This document shows positions 21,898 to 31,300 of a stretch of DNA of 64,000 nucleotides, in pieces. The stretch lies in the IMG/VR virus record IMGVR_UViG_3300018481_000003, positions 1-64,000 of that record; one strand, 5' to 3'. Positions within the stretch are counted from its first letter, which is position 1. Each line of letters begins with the position of its first letter. Source of the stretch: a virus. The notes under the pieces were generated by a model. That model was given only the letters and a program-made list of their open reading frames with translations, was not told where the DNA came from and searched no databases. The position numbers and the translations under genes were made by a program.

Positions 21898-24272
21898 TGT
21901 CTTGGTCTGGCGCAATCACGCTGCTGTTCTCGCAGCCGTCGAGCGACTCAGCAACGACCACGTCTGCGTCGTTCACTCCACCAGCGGACTCATTGGAGTT
22001 CGTCCAGCACTCACACAGTGCCAATGGGCACTCCACGGTGCCCGATGTCCAGATATCGAACACGGGTGGATTGACATTCGGTCGGAGTGTCACCGACGTT
22101 GTGGACTTCGCTGGTCCCAACGACATTCAAGGGGCGCTGTTCGCTGCTCCGGTCGGAGGATCGCCGTCCTCGATGACGGTGACGGTGGACCCCTTCCCGA
22201 CCACTGATGCCGCCTATCAGTCGATGGCCGGTTTCGCCGTGACCGAGGGTGAGATTCTGCAAGGGCCAGTGGGCCGCATCGTTGTAGATGGTGCTACGAC
22301 GCACACCACCGCTGCGCTCCCTGTTGCGACGACAAGCGGCAATCTCGTCATCGCCGGGTTCAGCACCCACACCACCGGGGGAGTTGCTGCATCAGCACCG
22401 AGCGGGTTCACACTGCTGGTCGCTCAGGACACCAACTACCAGATGCAGTCGATCTTCTACAGCACGACTCACGTCGGGACGACGGTCACTTGTCCTGACC
22501 TTGGCGAGTCGCTGTACGTCACGGCGTCGTGGATCATCGAGATCGAAACTCCGAGTGCTCCACCTACCGGTGCTTACACCGAGTTGGAATGGAACGTGGG
22601 AGTCCAGGCTCCAGCGGTAGCCGACGAGGTCTACGAGTTTCGGGTCTACGCCGGGGACACGCCGCTCACTGACTACCTGATAACCGCACAACTGTCGGTG
22701 GAGTCGGCTGGTGGTGGCGTCAACTACAACGAAACCGGCCGCAGCATCACCATCGCTGCCACTACCACGGCGACAGACCAGGCCGACTGGAAGAGCAACG
22801 TCGGGCTTTCCATCCCGGTTGTCGCCACGACGACAGCCACTGCCCAGTATGACAACCGCGAGCTTGCCCTGTCGATCCCCATCGTTGGGACGACCACGGA
22901 AACCAGTCAGGCCGACTTCAAGGAACTGGGTCTGTCCGTTCCTGTTGTCGCCACCACAACGACCACAGCGCAGTACGACCATCGGGAACTGGCGCTGGCG
23001 ATCCCGATCACCGCTGCCACGACGCTCGCTGTTGATCAAGCCGACTTCAAGGAGGTGGGCACTGCTGGCAGCGGTCTTCTGACTTCGATTGCTGCTGTTG
23101 TCACAGCCACCGACGTACACAACGTCGCTGGTGCTGGCTACAACGAGACGAATCGCTCCATCCTGATCACGGCGGCAGTCACTGTTCCTACTGAGCAGGC
23201 TGACTTCAAGGACTTGGCGCTGTCTGTTCCCGGCGTCGCCACGGTCACGCTCCCCATAGACAGGTATGAGCGCTACGACCTCGACAGGTCAGTAGCGATC
23301 ACTGCGACCATTACAACACCGACCGATCGGGCCAACCGCAAGGAACTGGCTCTGTCGGTACCGGTCACGGCGACGGTCACCGCCACTGATCTGATCAAGC
23401 GCGGGGAGTTGGGCAAGTCAGTCCCCGTCGTTGCCACCGTCACGGAAACCGACCAGGCCGATTGGAAGTCCAACGTCGGCCTCTCCGTCCCCGTTGTCGG
23501 CACCGTCACAGTTCCCACCGACAAGCTCAAGACCTTTGAGACGGCACTGTCGGTACCGGTTGTCGCTACCACGACATCTACCGACCAAGCTGACTTCAAG
23601 AACCTGGCTCTCGGTCTGTCGATCACGGCCTTCGTCACCTGTACCGATAACCAGCAGTCTCCAGGGCACTACGAGGACACTGGTCTGCCGATCAGCATCG
23701 CCGCCACCGTGGCGACGGTCACCGAGCAGACCGACTACAAGGACTTGGCTCGTTCTGTCCCTGTTGTGGCGACCACGACGGTCACCGCCCTCAAGCACTT
23801 CTACGCCACCGGCCTTTCGATACCTGTTGTCGCAACAGTGGCATCCACTGCGCTGCACAAGCGGTTTGAGCCTCTCGCACTTCCGGTTGTCTCGACGGTT
23901 GCTCTGCTCACGGATCAAGCCGACTTCAAGGATCTCACTCGTTCTGTCAACGTCGCCGCCACTATCACGATTACCGAAGGTTTCGGTGGCGCCATCGAGA
24001 CTGGGCGGCAGATCCTCATCACTGCCACGGTCAGTCGTACTGACCGGGCCGATTTCAACGATCTGCTCGCTCTTGGTGTCGGGTCACAGATCACTCTCAC
24101 CGACCAGGCCGACTACCACCAGTTGCTTACTGTCCTCATCCTGTCAACCATCAGGGCGACCGACCTACAGCGCTACATCAATGGTGTCGTCCTCAACACT
24201 GCGCTGGCTCTGTACTTGGGGGACATCCCGGTGCAGAAGGTCTACTGCGGGTCAGTCCAGGTCTGGCCGTAA
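21897..24272 (+). CDS. 791-aa protein: a ~270-aa globular N-terminus followed by about 20 tandem ~21-aa repeats
   Basis: ORF 21897..24272 with a TGATG overlap. Repeat consensus L-S-[VI]-P-V-V-A-T-T-T-x-T-D-Q-A-D-F-K-x-L-[AG], read directly from the translation. Confidence 0.75.
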   Translation: MSWSGAITLLFSQPSSDSATTTSASFTPPADSLEFVQHSHSANGHSTVPDVQISNTGGLTFGRSVTDVVDFAGPNDIQGALFAAPVGGSPSSMTVTVDPFPTTDAAYQSMAGFAVTEGEILQGPVGRIVVDGATTHTTAALPVATTSGNLVIAGFSTHTTGGVAASAPSGFTLLVAQDTNYQMQSIFYSTTHVGTTVTCPDLGESLYVTASWIIEIETPSAPPTGAYTELEWNVGVQAPAVADEVYEFRVYAGDTPLTDYLITAQLSVESAGGGVNYNETGRSITIAATTTATDQADWKSNVGLSIPVVATTTATAQYDNRELALSIPIVGTTTETSQADFKELGLSVPVVATTTTTAQYDHRELALAIPITAATTLAVDQADFKEVGTAGSGLLTSIAAVVTATDVHNVAGAGYNETNRSILITAAVTVPTEQADFKDLALSVPGVATVTLPIDRYERYDLDRSVAITATITTPTDRANRKELALSVPVTATVTATDLIKRGELGKSVPVVATVTETDQADWKSNVGLSVPVVGTVTVPTDKLKTFETALSVPVVATTTSTDQADFKNLALGLSITAFVTCTDNQQSPGHYEDTGLPISIAATVATVTEQTDYKDLARSVPVVATTTVTALKHFYATGLSIPVVATVASTALHKRFEPLALPVVSTVALLTDQADFKDLTRSVNVAATITITEGFGGAIETGRQILITATVSRTDRADFNDLLALGVGSQITLTDQADYHQLLTVLILSTIRATDLQRYINGVVLNTALALYLGDIPVQKVYCGSVQVWP

Positions 24273-24284
24273 TGATCTACGCTG

Positions 24285-24303
24285 GATACGGAGGTATCAG
24301 ATG
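24285..24303 (+). promoter_or_regulatory. SD-in-hairpin cassette GATAC-GGAG-GTATC-AG-ATG (copy 2)
   Basis: Same 15-mer, GATACGGAGGTATCA, as at 13422 and 51765, directly upstream of ATG 24301. Confidence 0.55.
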
Positions 24304-24732
24304 GCCAATAGCAAGTACACCCAGGTCATCGACCTGGTGGCTTCAGGTGACCTCGTTTGGCCGTCCAGCCAGATTTTCGGCTGCCTGGTCACTGGGGCCA
24401 CCTTCAACCCGGCGCACAAGAAACTCTCGCAGTTGGGTGTAGGCACCAGAGCGACCGCACAAATCCAAGGGCGTAGCCTTGCCCCTGGAGGCATGTGCCT
24501 GGGCTACCCGGCGTTCTTCAACACCGTCGAGGGGGGCATCGACTACCAGGTGATTCTTGCTCAAGAACTTGGGCACGACGACCCCAACCTGCTGGCCTTC
24601 TACGACACCGATGAGACTGGCGGGCCGCTTCGTCTCGATCACACCGGGACACTCGTCGTGCGCCCGGTGATTGCTCCTGAACCGTTCCCCGAGGGTGTGC
24701 CGACTGACTCCCGACTCTGGATGAGGTTGTGA
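24301..24732 (+). CDS. hypothetical protein (143 aa)
   Basis: In-frame part of ORF 23431..24732 from ATG 24301; the upstream extension overlaps the repeat protein in another frame. Sequence MANSKYTQVIDLVASGDLVWPSSQIF... Confidence 0.7.
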   Translation: MANSKYTQVIDLVASGDLVWPSSQIFGCLVTGATFNPAHKKLSQLGVGTRATAQIQGRSLAPGGMCLGYPAFFNTVEGGIDYQVILAQELGHDDPNLLAFYDTDETGGPLRLDHTGTLVVRPVIAPEPFPEGVPTDSRLWMRL

Positions 24733-24733
24733 G

Positions 24734-25585
24734 ATGTCCGCACTAACGATTGCCGGGTCGGCCAGAGCGATGATCCGGGACTTCCCCAAGTACTTCGAAG
24801 TTGAGTTGGGTCCGCTCAACATTCTGACCATCCGCCTGCCCCATCCGTTGATCTCCCCGACCTCGATGCAGGTGTTCCTGGCTACCCCACCGACGCCCCC
24901 AGCTACCGAGTACATCTCCACGCAGACCAGTGACTGGGAACTCGATGAGCGCAACGGGCTGCTCAAGCTCACCAACGAGGAGGCGCTGAACAAGAGGGCG
25001 CTTGTATCGGCGTATCACTACACCTGGTTCTCCGACTCCGACTTGGCGATGCACGTCTCCCAGGCAGCCGACGAGGTCCTCTACAACACGCACGGCGACA
25101 TCGATGACATCGATGGCATCTACTCCGAGGTGACAGCGATGGGCGCCGTGGTCAGGGCGCTCTGGTCGTTGTGCCTGGAGTTCTCCTTCGATATCGACGT
25201 ATCGACGCCTGAAGGAATGTACATTCCGGCCCGTCAGCGGTTCGGCCAAGTGCTGCAAATGCTGAACTACTGGGAGAGCCAGTACACGGCTAGGGCCAAT
25301 GCATTGAACATCGGTCTTGGGGCGCTGGAGCAGTTCAACCTGCGTCGGACGGCGTATCTCACCAACAGGTATGTGCCGCAGTATCAGGGACGGGAAATTG
25401 ATGACCCTCGTTGGCCAAAGCGCATCCTGCACCCGGTTCCTGACAGCACGATGAGCGCCCCTGGTGGTGCCGACAGCGTTGATGTCATCGATGTGACCGA
25501 GGCGCTGACCCCGGCGTCGATGTCACGGCGTTACCAGGGTTGGCGTGAGATCGGCTGGACCAGTGTCGGAACGAGTGGTGTCTGA
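24734..25585 (+). CDS. hypothetical protein (283 aa); neck/adaptor role possible from position only
   Basis: ORF 24734..25585, starting 1 nt after the previous stop. Confidence 0.6.
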   Translation: MSALTIAGSARAMIRDFPKYFEVELGPLNILTIRLPHPLISPTSMQVFLATPPTPPATEYISTQTSDWELDERNGLLKLTNEEALNKRALVSAYHYTWFSDSDLAMHVSQAADEVLYNTHGDIDDIDGIYSEVTAMGAVVRALWSLCLEFSFDIDVSTPEGMYIPARQRFGQVLQMLNYWESQYTARANALNIGLGALEQFNLRRTAYLTNRYVPQYQGREIDDPRWPKRILHPVPDSTMSAPGGADSVDVIDVTEALTPASMSRRYQGWREIGWTSVGTSGV

Positions 25586-26313
25586 TGGCTAAGACCACCA
25601 GTCGTGGAGGCAAGGCGCCGTACCCCAAGGAGATCACCCCGACTGGTACCGGCTTCGGCGGTGCGGCTGCCCACAAGGAAGTCGGTCTGTGGCGGGAGTA
25701 TCCGAACAACGAGCAGTTGCAGATGTTCATGACGGCCAGGGAGATTAAGGCCGGGTTCTCTCCTGCTGAGGGTGACCGGATGTACCACGGCACCAACACG
25801 TTCGCCAACCTCGCTCACATCCCTCCTGAGGTCGGGCCTGACCCAAGGGCTGGGGAGGTCACCCAACGGCCTGCCCGTACCGACCGGGTCACCAACAAGC
25901 GAACCGGTATCTCAGAACACAAGAAGGCCCGCCTGGCGGCTGGGTACACCCAAGAGGAACCGGGTGTGGAGCGGCAGTACCGCCGTCGCACGGGCGTCAA
26001 CCTGATCGCCCCGAGAGAAACCGATGAGCAGATGTGGTCACGCAAGCTCACCGAAGCGCAGACGCCTGGGCGTGGCAATCATGAGCAGTCACTGGTCGAG
26101 CACTTGCAGTCCGGTGGTGATGTCGGCCTGATACATCTCGGCCACACCAAGAACGCCCTGCTCAGTCCTGATGAGCGCAAGACGGCCAAGCCGATGGTCG
26201 CTGGCTCTCAGCACCGCATCGCCGCTATGGAGCACATCAACGCTGATCAGTACCTGCCGGTGATGCACCATGAGTCAATCGTCCACGCCAAGTTCGAACC
26301 GGAGTATGACTGA
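25585..26313 (+). CDS. hypothetical hydrophilic protein (242 aa)
   Basis: ORF 25585..26313 with a TGATG overlap. Confidence 0.6.
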   Translation: MAKTTSRGGKAPYPKEITPTGTGFGGAAAHKEVGLWREYPNNEQLQMFMTAREIKAGFSPAEGDRMYHGTNTFANLAHIPPEVGPDPRAGEVTQRPARTDRVTNKRTGISEHKKARLAAGYTQEEPGVERQYRRRTGVNLIAPRETDEQMWSRKLTEAQTPGRGNHEQSLVEHLQSGGDVGLIHLGHTKNALLSPDERKTAKPMVAGSQHRIAAMEHINADQYLPVMHHESIVHAKFEPEYD

Positions 26314-26648
26314 TGGCCTTCGTCGGCAAAGGGTGGCGTTCTCCTCAGGCCACTGACCCAGCAGTCAACACCGGAGCGGCCTCGACTGCCACGGTGACCG
26401 TGCTCGCCCCGACTACCTTCATCCGCAAGAGCAACATCACGTTGACCGTCACCGGCACCGGCTTCACCGCTGCCACCAAGCTCTACGCCAACTACAACCC
26501 GATCTCCACCACGTATGACAGCGCCACCCAGTTGCGCTGCACCAGCTTCAACACCACTCCCGACAGTGGTGGGGCAGGGACGATTGCCATCGGCGTGGTC
26601 AAGCCCGGAGAGAAGATTTCCGGCACACAGAACTTCACGGCCACCTGA
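26313..26648 (+). CDS. Ig-like (IPT/TIG-type) domain protein (111 aa)
   Basis: ..TVTVLAPTTFIRKSNITLTVTGTGFTAATKLYANYNPISTTYDSATQLRCTSF..GAGTIAIGVVKPG.. matches the IPT/TIG beta-sandwich pattern. TGATG overlap. Confidence 0.6.
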   Translation: MAFVGKGWRSPQATDPAVNTGAASTATVTVLAPTTFIRKSNITLTVTGTGFTAATKLYANYNPISTTYDSATQLRCTSFNTTPDSGGAGTIAIGVVKPGEKISGTQNFTAT

Positions 26649-27160
26649 TGGACGTACGCAGAGAGGTCCGGGAAATCTGGAAGCACTTCGACCGCTACCA
26701 GGAAGACATCGGAGAGGCGTTGATCTACTACAAGTTCGACGCTGAGTCGTCGAACTACGACGACGTGTACAACGAGGGATACCGCCGTTACGAGCCAGGT
26801 ATCAAGATCCCGATCCTGTGGCAGGACCAGTCCGAGGCCAATGAGGACTACGCCCCTGAAGGTCGTCGGCCGACTCAGCGGATCAGGTTGGCGGTCTCCG
26901 CCCGTGATCTCCATGAGGCTGGTATCTCGGTAACAGAGGTTCATGGCAACCGTCTCACTGATGACTCGCCGTCGATCGTCTGGCGCTACGACCGGGTCCA
27001 CGACATCATCTACTTCGACAACCGTTACTACGAAGTCTCGGCCTTCCAGATTCGTGGGCGAGCCAAAGGCGAAGATGTGATCATCGGGATCACAGGAATC
27101 GAAACCTTCCCGTCTGACGATATGGCCTTCGACTACTCACCAGGGAGCGCCCATGTCTGA
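26648..27160 (+). CDS. hypothetical protein (170 aa); head-tail connector candidate from position
   Basis: ORF 26648..27160 with a TGATG overlap. Confidence 0.55.
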   Translation: MDVRREVREIWKHFDRYQEDIGEALIYYKFDAESSNYDDVYNEGYRRYEPGIKIPILWQDQSEANEDYAPEGRRPTQRIRLAVSARDLHEAGISVTEVHGNRLTDDSPSIVWRYDRVHDIIYFDNRYYEVSAFQIRGRAKGEDVIIGITGIETFPSDDMAFDYSPGSAHV

Positions 27161-28133
27161 TCCACTACCCACCATTGCTCCGTACGGGGCAGCCGACTGG
27201 GACGACTACGACCACAACTGGCGGGCGGCGGATGCCGAGTGGTTGCAGTCTCGGGGCATCCTGCGGTTCTCCAACGCAGCGCAGCGGGACAGCGCCATCG
27301 TGGACGGTGGCCTCGGGCCTACTCCTGCGGTCGGCACGTTCGTCTACAACCAGACCGAGGACATCCTCAACTATCGCTCCAGCGACAACACTTGGAAGCC
27401 GTACCGCTCACTGCCGACCAACATGAAGACGGTCACCGACACGGTGGCCACTGTCAAGATCGCTCACTCTGCGGTTGCTTCCGGCGACAAAGGCATGACC
27501 TTCACCCCGACTGGTATCTCCACAGACCTACCACTCACGATCCTTGGCGGTGTCCTCACCACTGATCTGACCGGTGTGTCGATCAAGACCGGGGCGGCAA
27601 CGGCCAAGCTGACGACTGACGCCACCAACCTCGTCTCTGACAAGGCGATCACTGCTCCCGGTATCAAGCTGACCGGTGCCACCAACCCAGTGATCGACGC
27701 CACCGACAAGAACGCCATCATTGGCATCCTCGATGCCACCACGATCAACGCCACTGCGATCACGGCGACTGGGGCACTGACAGGTGGGTCGATCACTGGT
27801 GCTACCGGGACGATCAACGGCGTGGTCTTCAATGCTTCGTGGGTGAAGGCCGACACTGGGTTCGTTGCTCAAGGCGGCTATCTCCACGGCGATGCTTCCA
27901 ATGGGTATTTGAGGTACCGCAACCCAACTACAGGTGCTGCGGGTGCTGCGCTGGTCAGAGTCGATACAGGAAATGTCTGGATCGATGGCGGGTACTTCCG
28001 TATCACAGGTGGTCGTGGCATCCCTTGGCACAACTCGGCTGGTACCCATACGGCATGGATCTCTCCGGTGATCTACTCCGCTGCTGATCCAGGGGCTGCT
28101 AACTACCCTGACGGAACGTTGTGGATCAGTTGA
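27153..28133 (+). CDS. fibre-like protein (326 aa) with Thr/Gly/Ala-rich shaft repeats
   Basis: ORF 27153..28133 with SD GGGAG upstream. Shaft-like region ..KTGAATAKLTTDATNLVSDKAITAPGIKLTGATNPVIDATDKNAIIGILDATTINATAITATGALTGGSITGATGTINGV.. Confidence 0.6.
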   Translation: MSDPLPTIAPYGAADWDDYDHNWRAADAEWLQSRGILRFSNAAQRDSAIVDGGLGPTPAVGTFVYNQTEDILNYRSSDNTWKPYRSLPTNMKTVTDTVATVKIAHSAVASGDKGMTFTPTGISTDLPLTILGGVLTTDLTGVSIKTGAATAKLTTDATNLVSDKAITAPGIKLTGATNPVIDATDKNAIIGILDATTINATAITATGALTGGSITGATGTINGVVFNASWVKADTGFVAQGGYLHGDASNGYLRYRNPTTGAAGAALVRVDTGNVWIDGGYFRITGGRGIPWHNSAGTHTAWISPVIYSAADPGAANYPDGTLWIS

Positions 28134-28134
28134 C

Positions 28135-29049
28135 GTGGCTGTCTACGTCAAGAGGAACAGCACCAGCAACGTAGGCCCTGCCTACGGCGGCAACTGGGTC
28201 GGCCCGATCGCCAACGGCAACATCCGTTCCAGATGGGGTGGTGGCTGGTTCGTCCCTAGTTATGTTCGTTCCAAGAGAGGCAATGTTGGTGCTGGGTCTT
28301 GGCACGACTCTGGTTACCGAGGACTTCCTACCGCCCCCACCAACCTTGCTGTTAACTCTTGGACGACATATGAATCTGTCAGCTTCAAGTGGAACGCTGG
28401 TGCGGGTGGTGCGCCTGCGGCCAGTTATGACGTTCAGATCAATAACCAGGCCAATAATGCCGTGGTGGCCTCTTCGAACGACACTGCTTCACCATCGATC
28501 AGCTTCACCCAGGTCGTTCCGTATACGAAGTACAACGTCTACGTTAGAGCCAAGACTGCGAGTGGCCAGGTCAGCGACTGGGTAGGCCCGCTCAAGATTT
28601 GGATGGGCAAGGCCGCTGTGACGACCTACACCACCGAGACGGCGACGAGAGCGTGGTCCAACGGCCAGGGCATCAACAGCTACAAGGATGTCAGTGATGG
28701 TTGCATCGTCCCCTCCAGCGTCAAGCTGACCCATGTCCGTTTCGTCATCTATGCCAACGAACACTTCACCGGCATCCTGTGCCCCTACAACAACCGCCAG
28801 ATATACGCCATCCACAACGGTGGCCTGGGCGGTCAGTTCAACTGGCAAGCGTGGTCGATTGACGAGACGCACTACTGGGACTACAACGGCAACGGCGGTC
28901 TTACCGGGCTGAGATGTGCTGGGACCGGCTGGTCGATTTACTCCACTGGCCTTCAACGAGCCTTGGGCAACGTCTATGCCTACGGTAACGAGACGTACAG
29001 CTACCAACAGGCCCACACGACTCCTGCGGTGGCCAACACCTATTGGTGA
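28135..29049 (+). CDS. fibronectin type III domain protein (304 aa)
   Basis: GTG 28135. FN3 pattern PTAPTNLAVNSWTTYESVSFKWNAGAGGAPAASYDVQINNQ..YTKYNVYVRAKTASGQVSDW. Confidence 0.65.
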   Translation: MAVYVKRNSTSNVGPAYGGNWVGPIANGNIRSRWGGGWFVPSYVRSKRGNVGAGSWHDSGYRGLPTAPTNLAVNSWTTYESVSFKWNAGAGGAPAASYDVQINNQANNAVVASSNDTASPSISFTQVVPYTKYNVYVRAKTASGQVSDWVGPLKIWMGKAAVTTYTTETATRAWSNGQGINSYKDVSDGCIVPSSVKLTHVRFVIYANEHFTGILCPYNNRQIYAIHNGGLGGQFNWQAWSIDETHYWDYNGNGGLTGLRCAGTGWSIYSTGLQRALGNVYAYGNETYSYQQAHTTPAVANTYW

Positions 29050-29061
29050 CATACTCCAGGG

Positions 29062-29319
29062 ATGATTGACCCCATCGGAGCATCAGCAATCAAGTCACTG
29101 GGGATCGACGTCGCCAACCTGACCTCTCGGTTGGCCATCCAGACCGCCCTTCTCGATGAGATCCTCGGGCGGGTCATGGAGATCGATCAGGGCGCCTGGG
29201 TCCACAACCAACTGACCGATGAGAACGGCGAAACCTCTGGCGAGTACGCCACCACGATGCCTGGCACGGAGACGGACAAGGTGCAGGCATTGCTCGCCTT
29301 CATAGCGTCGTTGCAGTAG
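29062..29319 (+). CDS. hypothetical protein (85 aa)
   Basis: ORF 29062..29319. Confidence 0.55.
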   Translation: MIDPIGASAIKSLGIDVANLTSRLAIQTALLDEILGRVMEIDQGAWVHNQLTDENGETSGEYATTMPGTETDKVQALLAFIASLQ

Positions 29320-29382
29320 TCTCGGACTCGTCAGGGGTCGAGCGGATTCCTGGCCCAGTTGAACAGACCATGGAGAGCCGGG

Positions 29383-29790
29383 ATGGCGACGATCGAGATC
29401 GCACCTGGATGGGTTGACGCCGTCCAGTCATACATCGAAGGACTCATGGTCAACTCAATCGCTGCCGCTGAGAACGCCACCAAGCTGTTCCAAGAGAGGG
29501 TGCGCGAGACTGCTCGACAGGACGAAGACTGGTCTTCGATCGCTGACAACATCTCGCTGTGGTCCCAGGACGGTCACCTGGTCATCGGGGTCCAAGACCC
29601 GGTGTTCGCCTCTCAGGCAGCGCTCTTGGAGTATGGCGACGCTGAACATGCCCCCAATCCCATGTTGCGAACGCTGACTTCGGCATCCCGTGATGCCGCT
29701 GAGTCGATGCGTGGCGAGATGGAGGGTCACTACGGGCCGTCGATGAACATCGGTGGGCCTCGTATCGCGGGCATGTTCCATGGCGAGTAG
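29383..29790 (+). CDS. hypothetical protein; possibly an HK97 gp10-like head-tail joining protein
   Basis: In-frame part of ORF 29359..29790. ATG 29383 follows GGAGAG. The motif ..LLEYGDAEHAPNPMLRTL.. resembles the gp10-type EfGT..a.PFl pattern (weak). Confidence 0.5.
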   Translation: MATIEIAPGWVDAVQSYIEGLMVNSIAAAENATKLFQERVRETARQDEDWSSIADNISLWSQDGHLVIGVQDPVFASQAALLEYGDAEHAPNPMLRTLTSASRDAAESMRGEMEGHYGPSMNIGGPRIAGMFHGE

Positions 29791-30649
29791 GCCATTCCGC
29801 GACGAGCCGGACATCTACACCCACGAAGGGTTCCTGCTGTCCGAGGACAAGTTGATGCTCGACCATCTCAGCGGCATCACCGTGCCGATGCGTGAATCCA
29901 CCGACCCACCGACGCCGGTCGGTGTGTGGTTCCGCTGGCCCGAGGGTGAACGGCAGATCAAGTATCCGTTCATGACCATCGATCTGCTGCAAGCTGAGCC
30001 TGCATTCGATCTCTTCCACTCCGACCATCGGGAGCCTGCCGTACACCTGTATCGGCCCTCTGTCTCCCCGGAACTGCCGGAACCTCCTGACGGTTGGGGC
30101 GCCCAGGGTTACTCGATCCGCAACTATCTGCCGTTCCGGTTGATGTATCAGGTGACGGTCCATGCTCGCAGCGCCCTGCACGACCGCTACTTGCAGTCGA
30201 TCTTCAAGACCGACGTGTTCCCGGTGCGGCCCTTCTGGATCTGGAACCCGATGGACGAGACTTGGCGGCGCACCGAGTTGCTCCAGGCGACCGCATCCGA
30301 TCTCTCCGAAACCACCGAGTCAGGCACCAAGCGGATCTTCCGCAAGGTGTACACGGTGTCGATGTTGGCCGAGGTTCCCCAGGACCGGATCATCGACTCC
30401 TACGTCTACAAGGCGCTGCGGGTGTTCATCCCCGTCGTGGACCTCGCCTGGTTCGATGACTACTACCACCAGATCCTCAAGAACCAGCCGACTCCGTTGA
30501 GCACGTTCACCCAACAGGAGCGGGCCGATGCCGGTGAGTGGTTGCACATCGTGCATGAAGGCATGGAAGTTCCGACACCGCCTGGGGCGATGTCGTTTGC
30601 TTACGGCGAAGGGCCTTATGGGTTCGGACCATACGGAGGTAACCCATGA
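29780..30649 (+). CDS. hypothetical protein (289 aa); tail completion/terminator candidate from position
   Basis: In-frame part of ORF 29753..30649 from ATG 29780 (11-nt overlap with the previous gene). Confidence 0.55.
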   Translation: MASRPFRDEPDIYTHEGFLLSEDKLMLDHLSGITVPMRESTDPPTPVGVWFRWPEGERQIKYPFMTIDLLQAEPAFDLFHSDHREPAVHLYRPSVSPELPEPPDGWGAQGYSIRNYLPFRLMYQVTVHARSALHDRYLQSIFKTDVFPVRPFWIWNPMDETWRRTELLQATASDLSETTESGTKRIFRKVYTVSMLAEVPQDRIIDSYVYKALRVFIPVVDLAWFDDYYHQILKNQPTPLSTFTQQERADAGEWLHIVHEGMEVPTPPGAMSFAYGEGPYGFGPYGGNP

Positions 30650-31221
30650 CTGACGTTGCACCTCCTGAGCCGGGCCAGACGTTGTGGGGTGATGATCTCA
30701 ACGCCTACCTGGTTTCGCTGGAGTCCCGAATCGCCACCAACGAGGCTCGGTTTGATGCTCAGAATGTTCAGTTGTCCGAGATGCAGGTTCAGATCGACGC
30801 CCAGGACACCTTGATGGCGTCGATGGAGAGCCGGATCGACACGTTGGAGATCAGACCTGATTATGTTTACGACAACGCTGGTTACCAGTTCTCCAATGCC
30901 GCCCCTCCTGCTACTGGCAACCAGGTGCGCCTCAACAACGTAGATCCTGCTCTGGCCACGATGATCGACATGCGGTTGCTCGATTCCGATGGTGCTGATC
31001 GCTCCCAATGGATACGGATGCTCGACTCTTACGCATTGCTTCGCATCCAGGATTGGAACGACTCCAATGTCTTCCATCGTTATCGAGTCACTGATGTGGC
31101 AACGATGGACTCAAGCAACGCCCAAATTCCTGTTACCTACATCGATGGTGCAGGCACCATACCCAACGCCAAGGTCAACGTGGCCTTTACGGTAGCGATA
31201 CCGATATGGGTATTTCCATAG
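30646..31221 (+). CDS. hypothetical protein (191 aa) with an N-terminal coiled-coil
   Basis: ORF 30646..31221 with an ATGA overlap. Preceded by ATACGGAGGTAAC, a variant of the SD cassette. Confidence 0.6.
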   Translation: MTDVAPPEPGQTLWGDDLNAYLVSLESRIATNEARFDAQNVQLSEMQVQIDAQDTLMASMESRIDTLEIRPDYVYDNAGYQFSNAAPPATGNQVRLNNVDPALATMIDMRLLDSDGADRSQWIRMLDSYALLRIQDWNDSNVFHRYRVTDVATMDSSNAQIPVTYIDGAGTIPNAKVNVAFTVAIPIWVFP

Positions 31222-31300
31222 CTCTTGTGATAATGCCGTCTGGCTCGTAGCACTTTTCGTCGCACTCTGTCGTTAACACGTACTTCAGGCAAGGAGCGAC

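Noticed and set aside
22710-24180. A periodic ~63-nt repetition that could be mistaken for a CRISPR array or a noncoding satellite.
   Set aside because: The repeats are in frame within one long ORF and diverged at the DNA level. They have no alternating conserved-repeat/unique-spacer structure, and no cas genes are nearby. This is a protein repeat.
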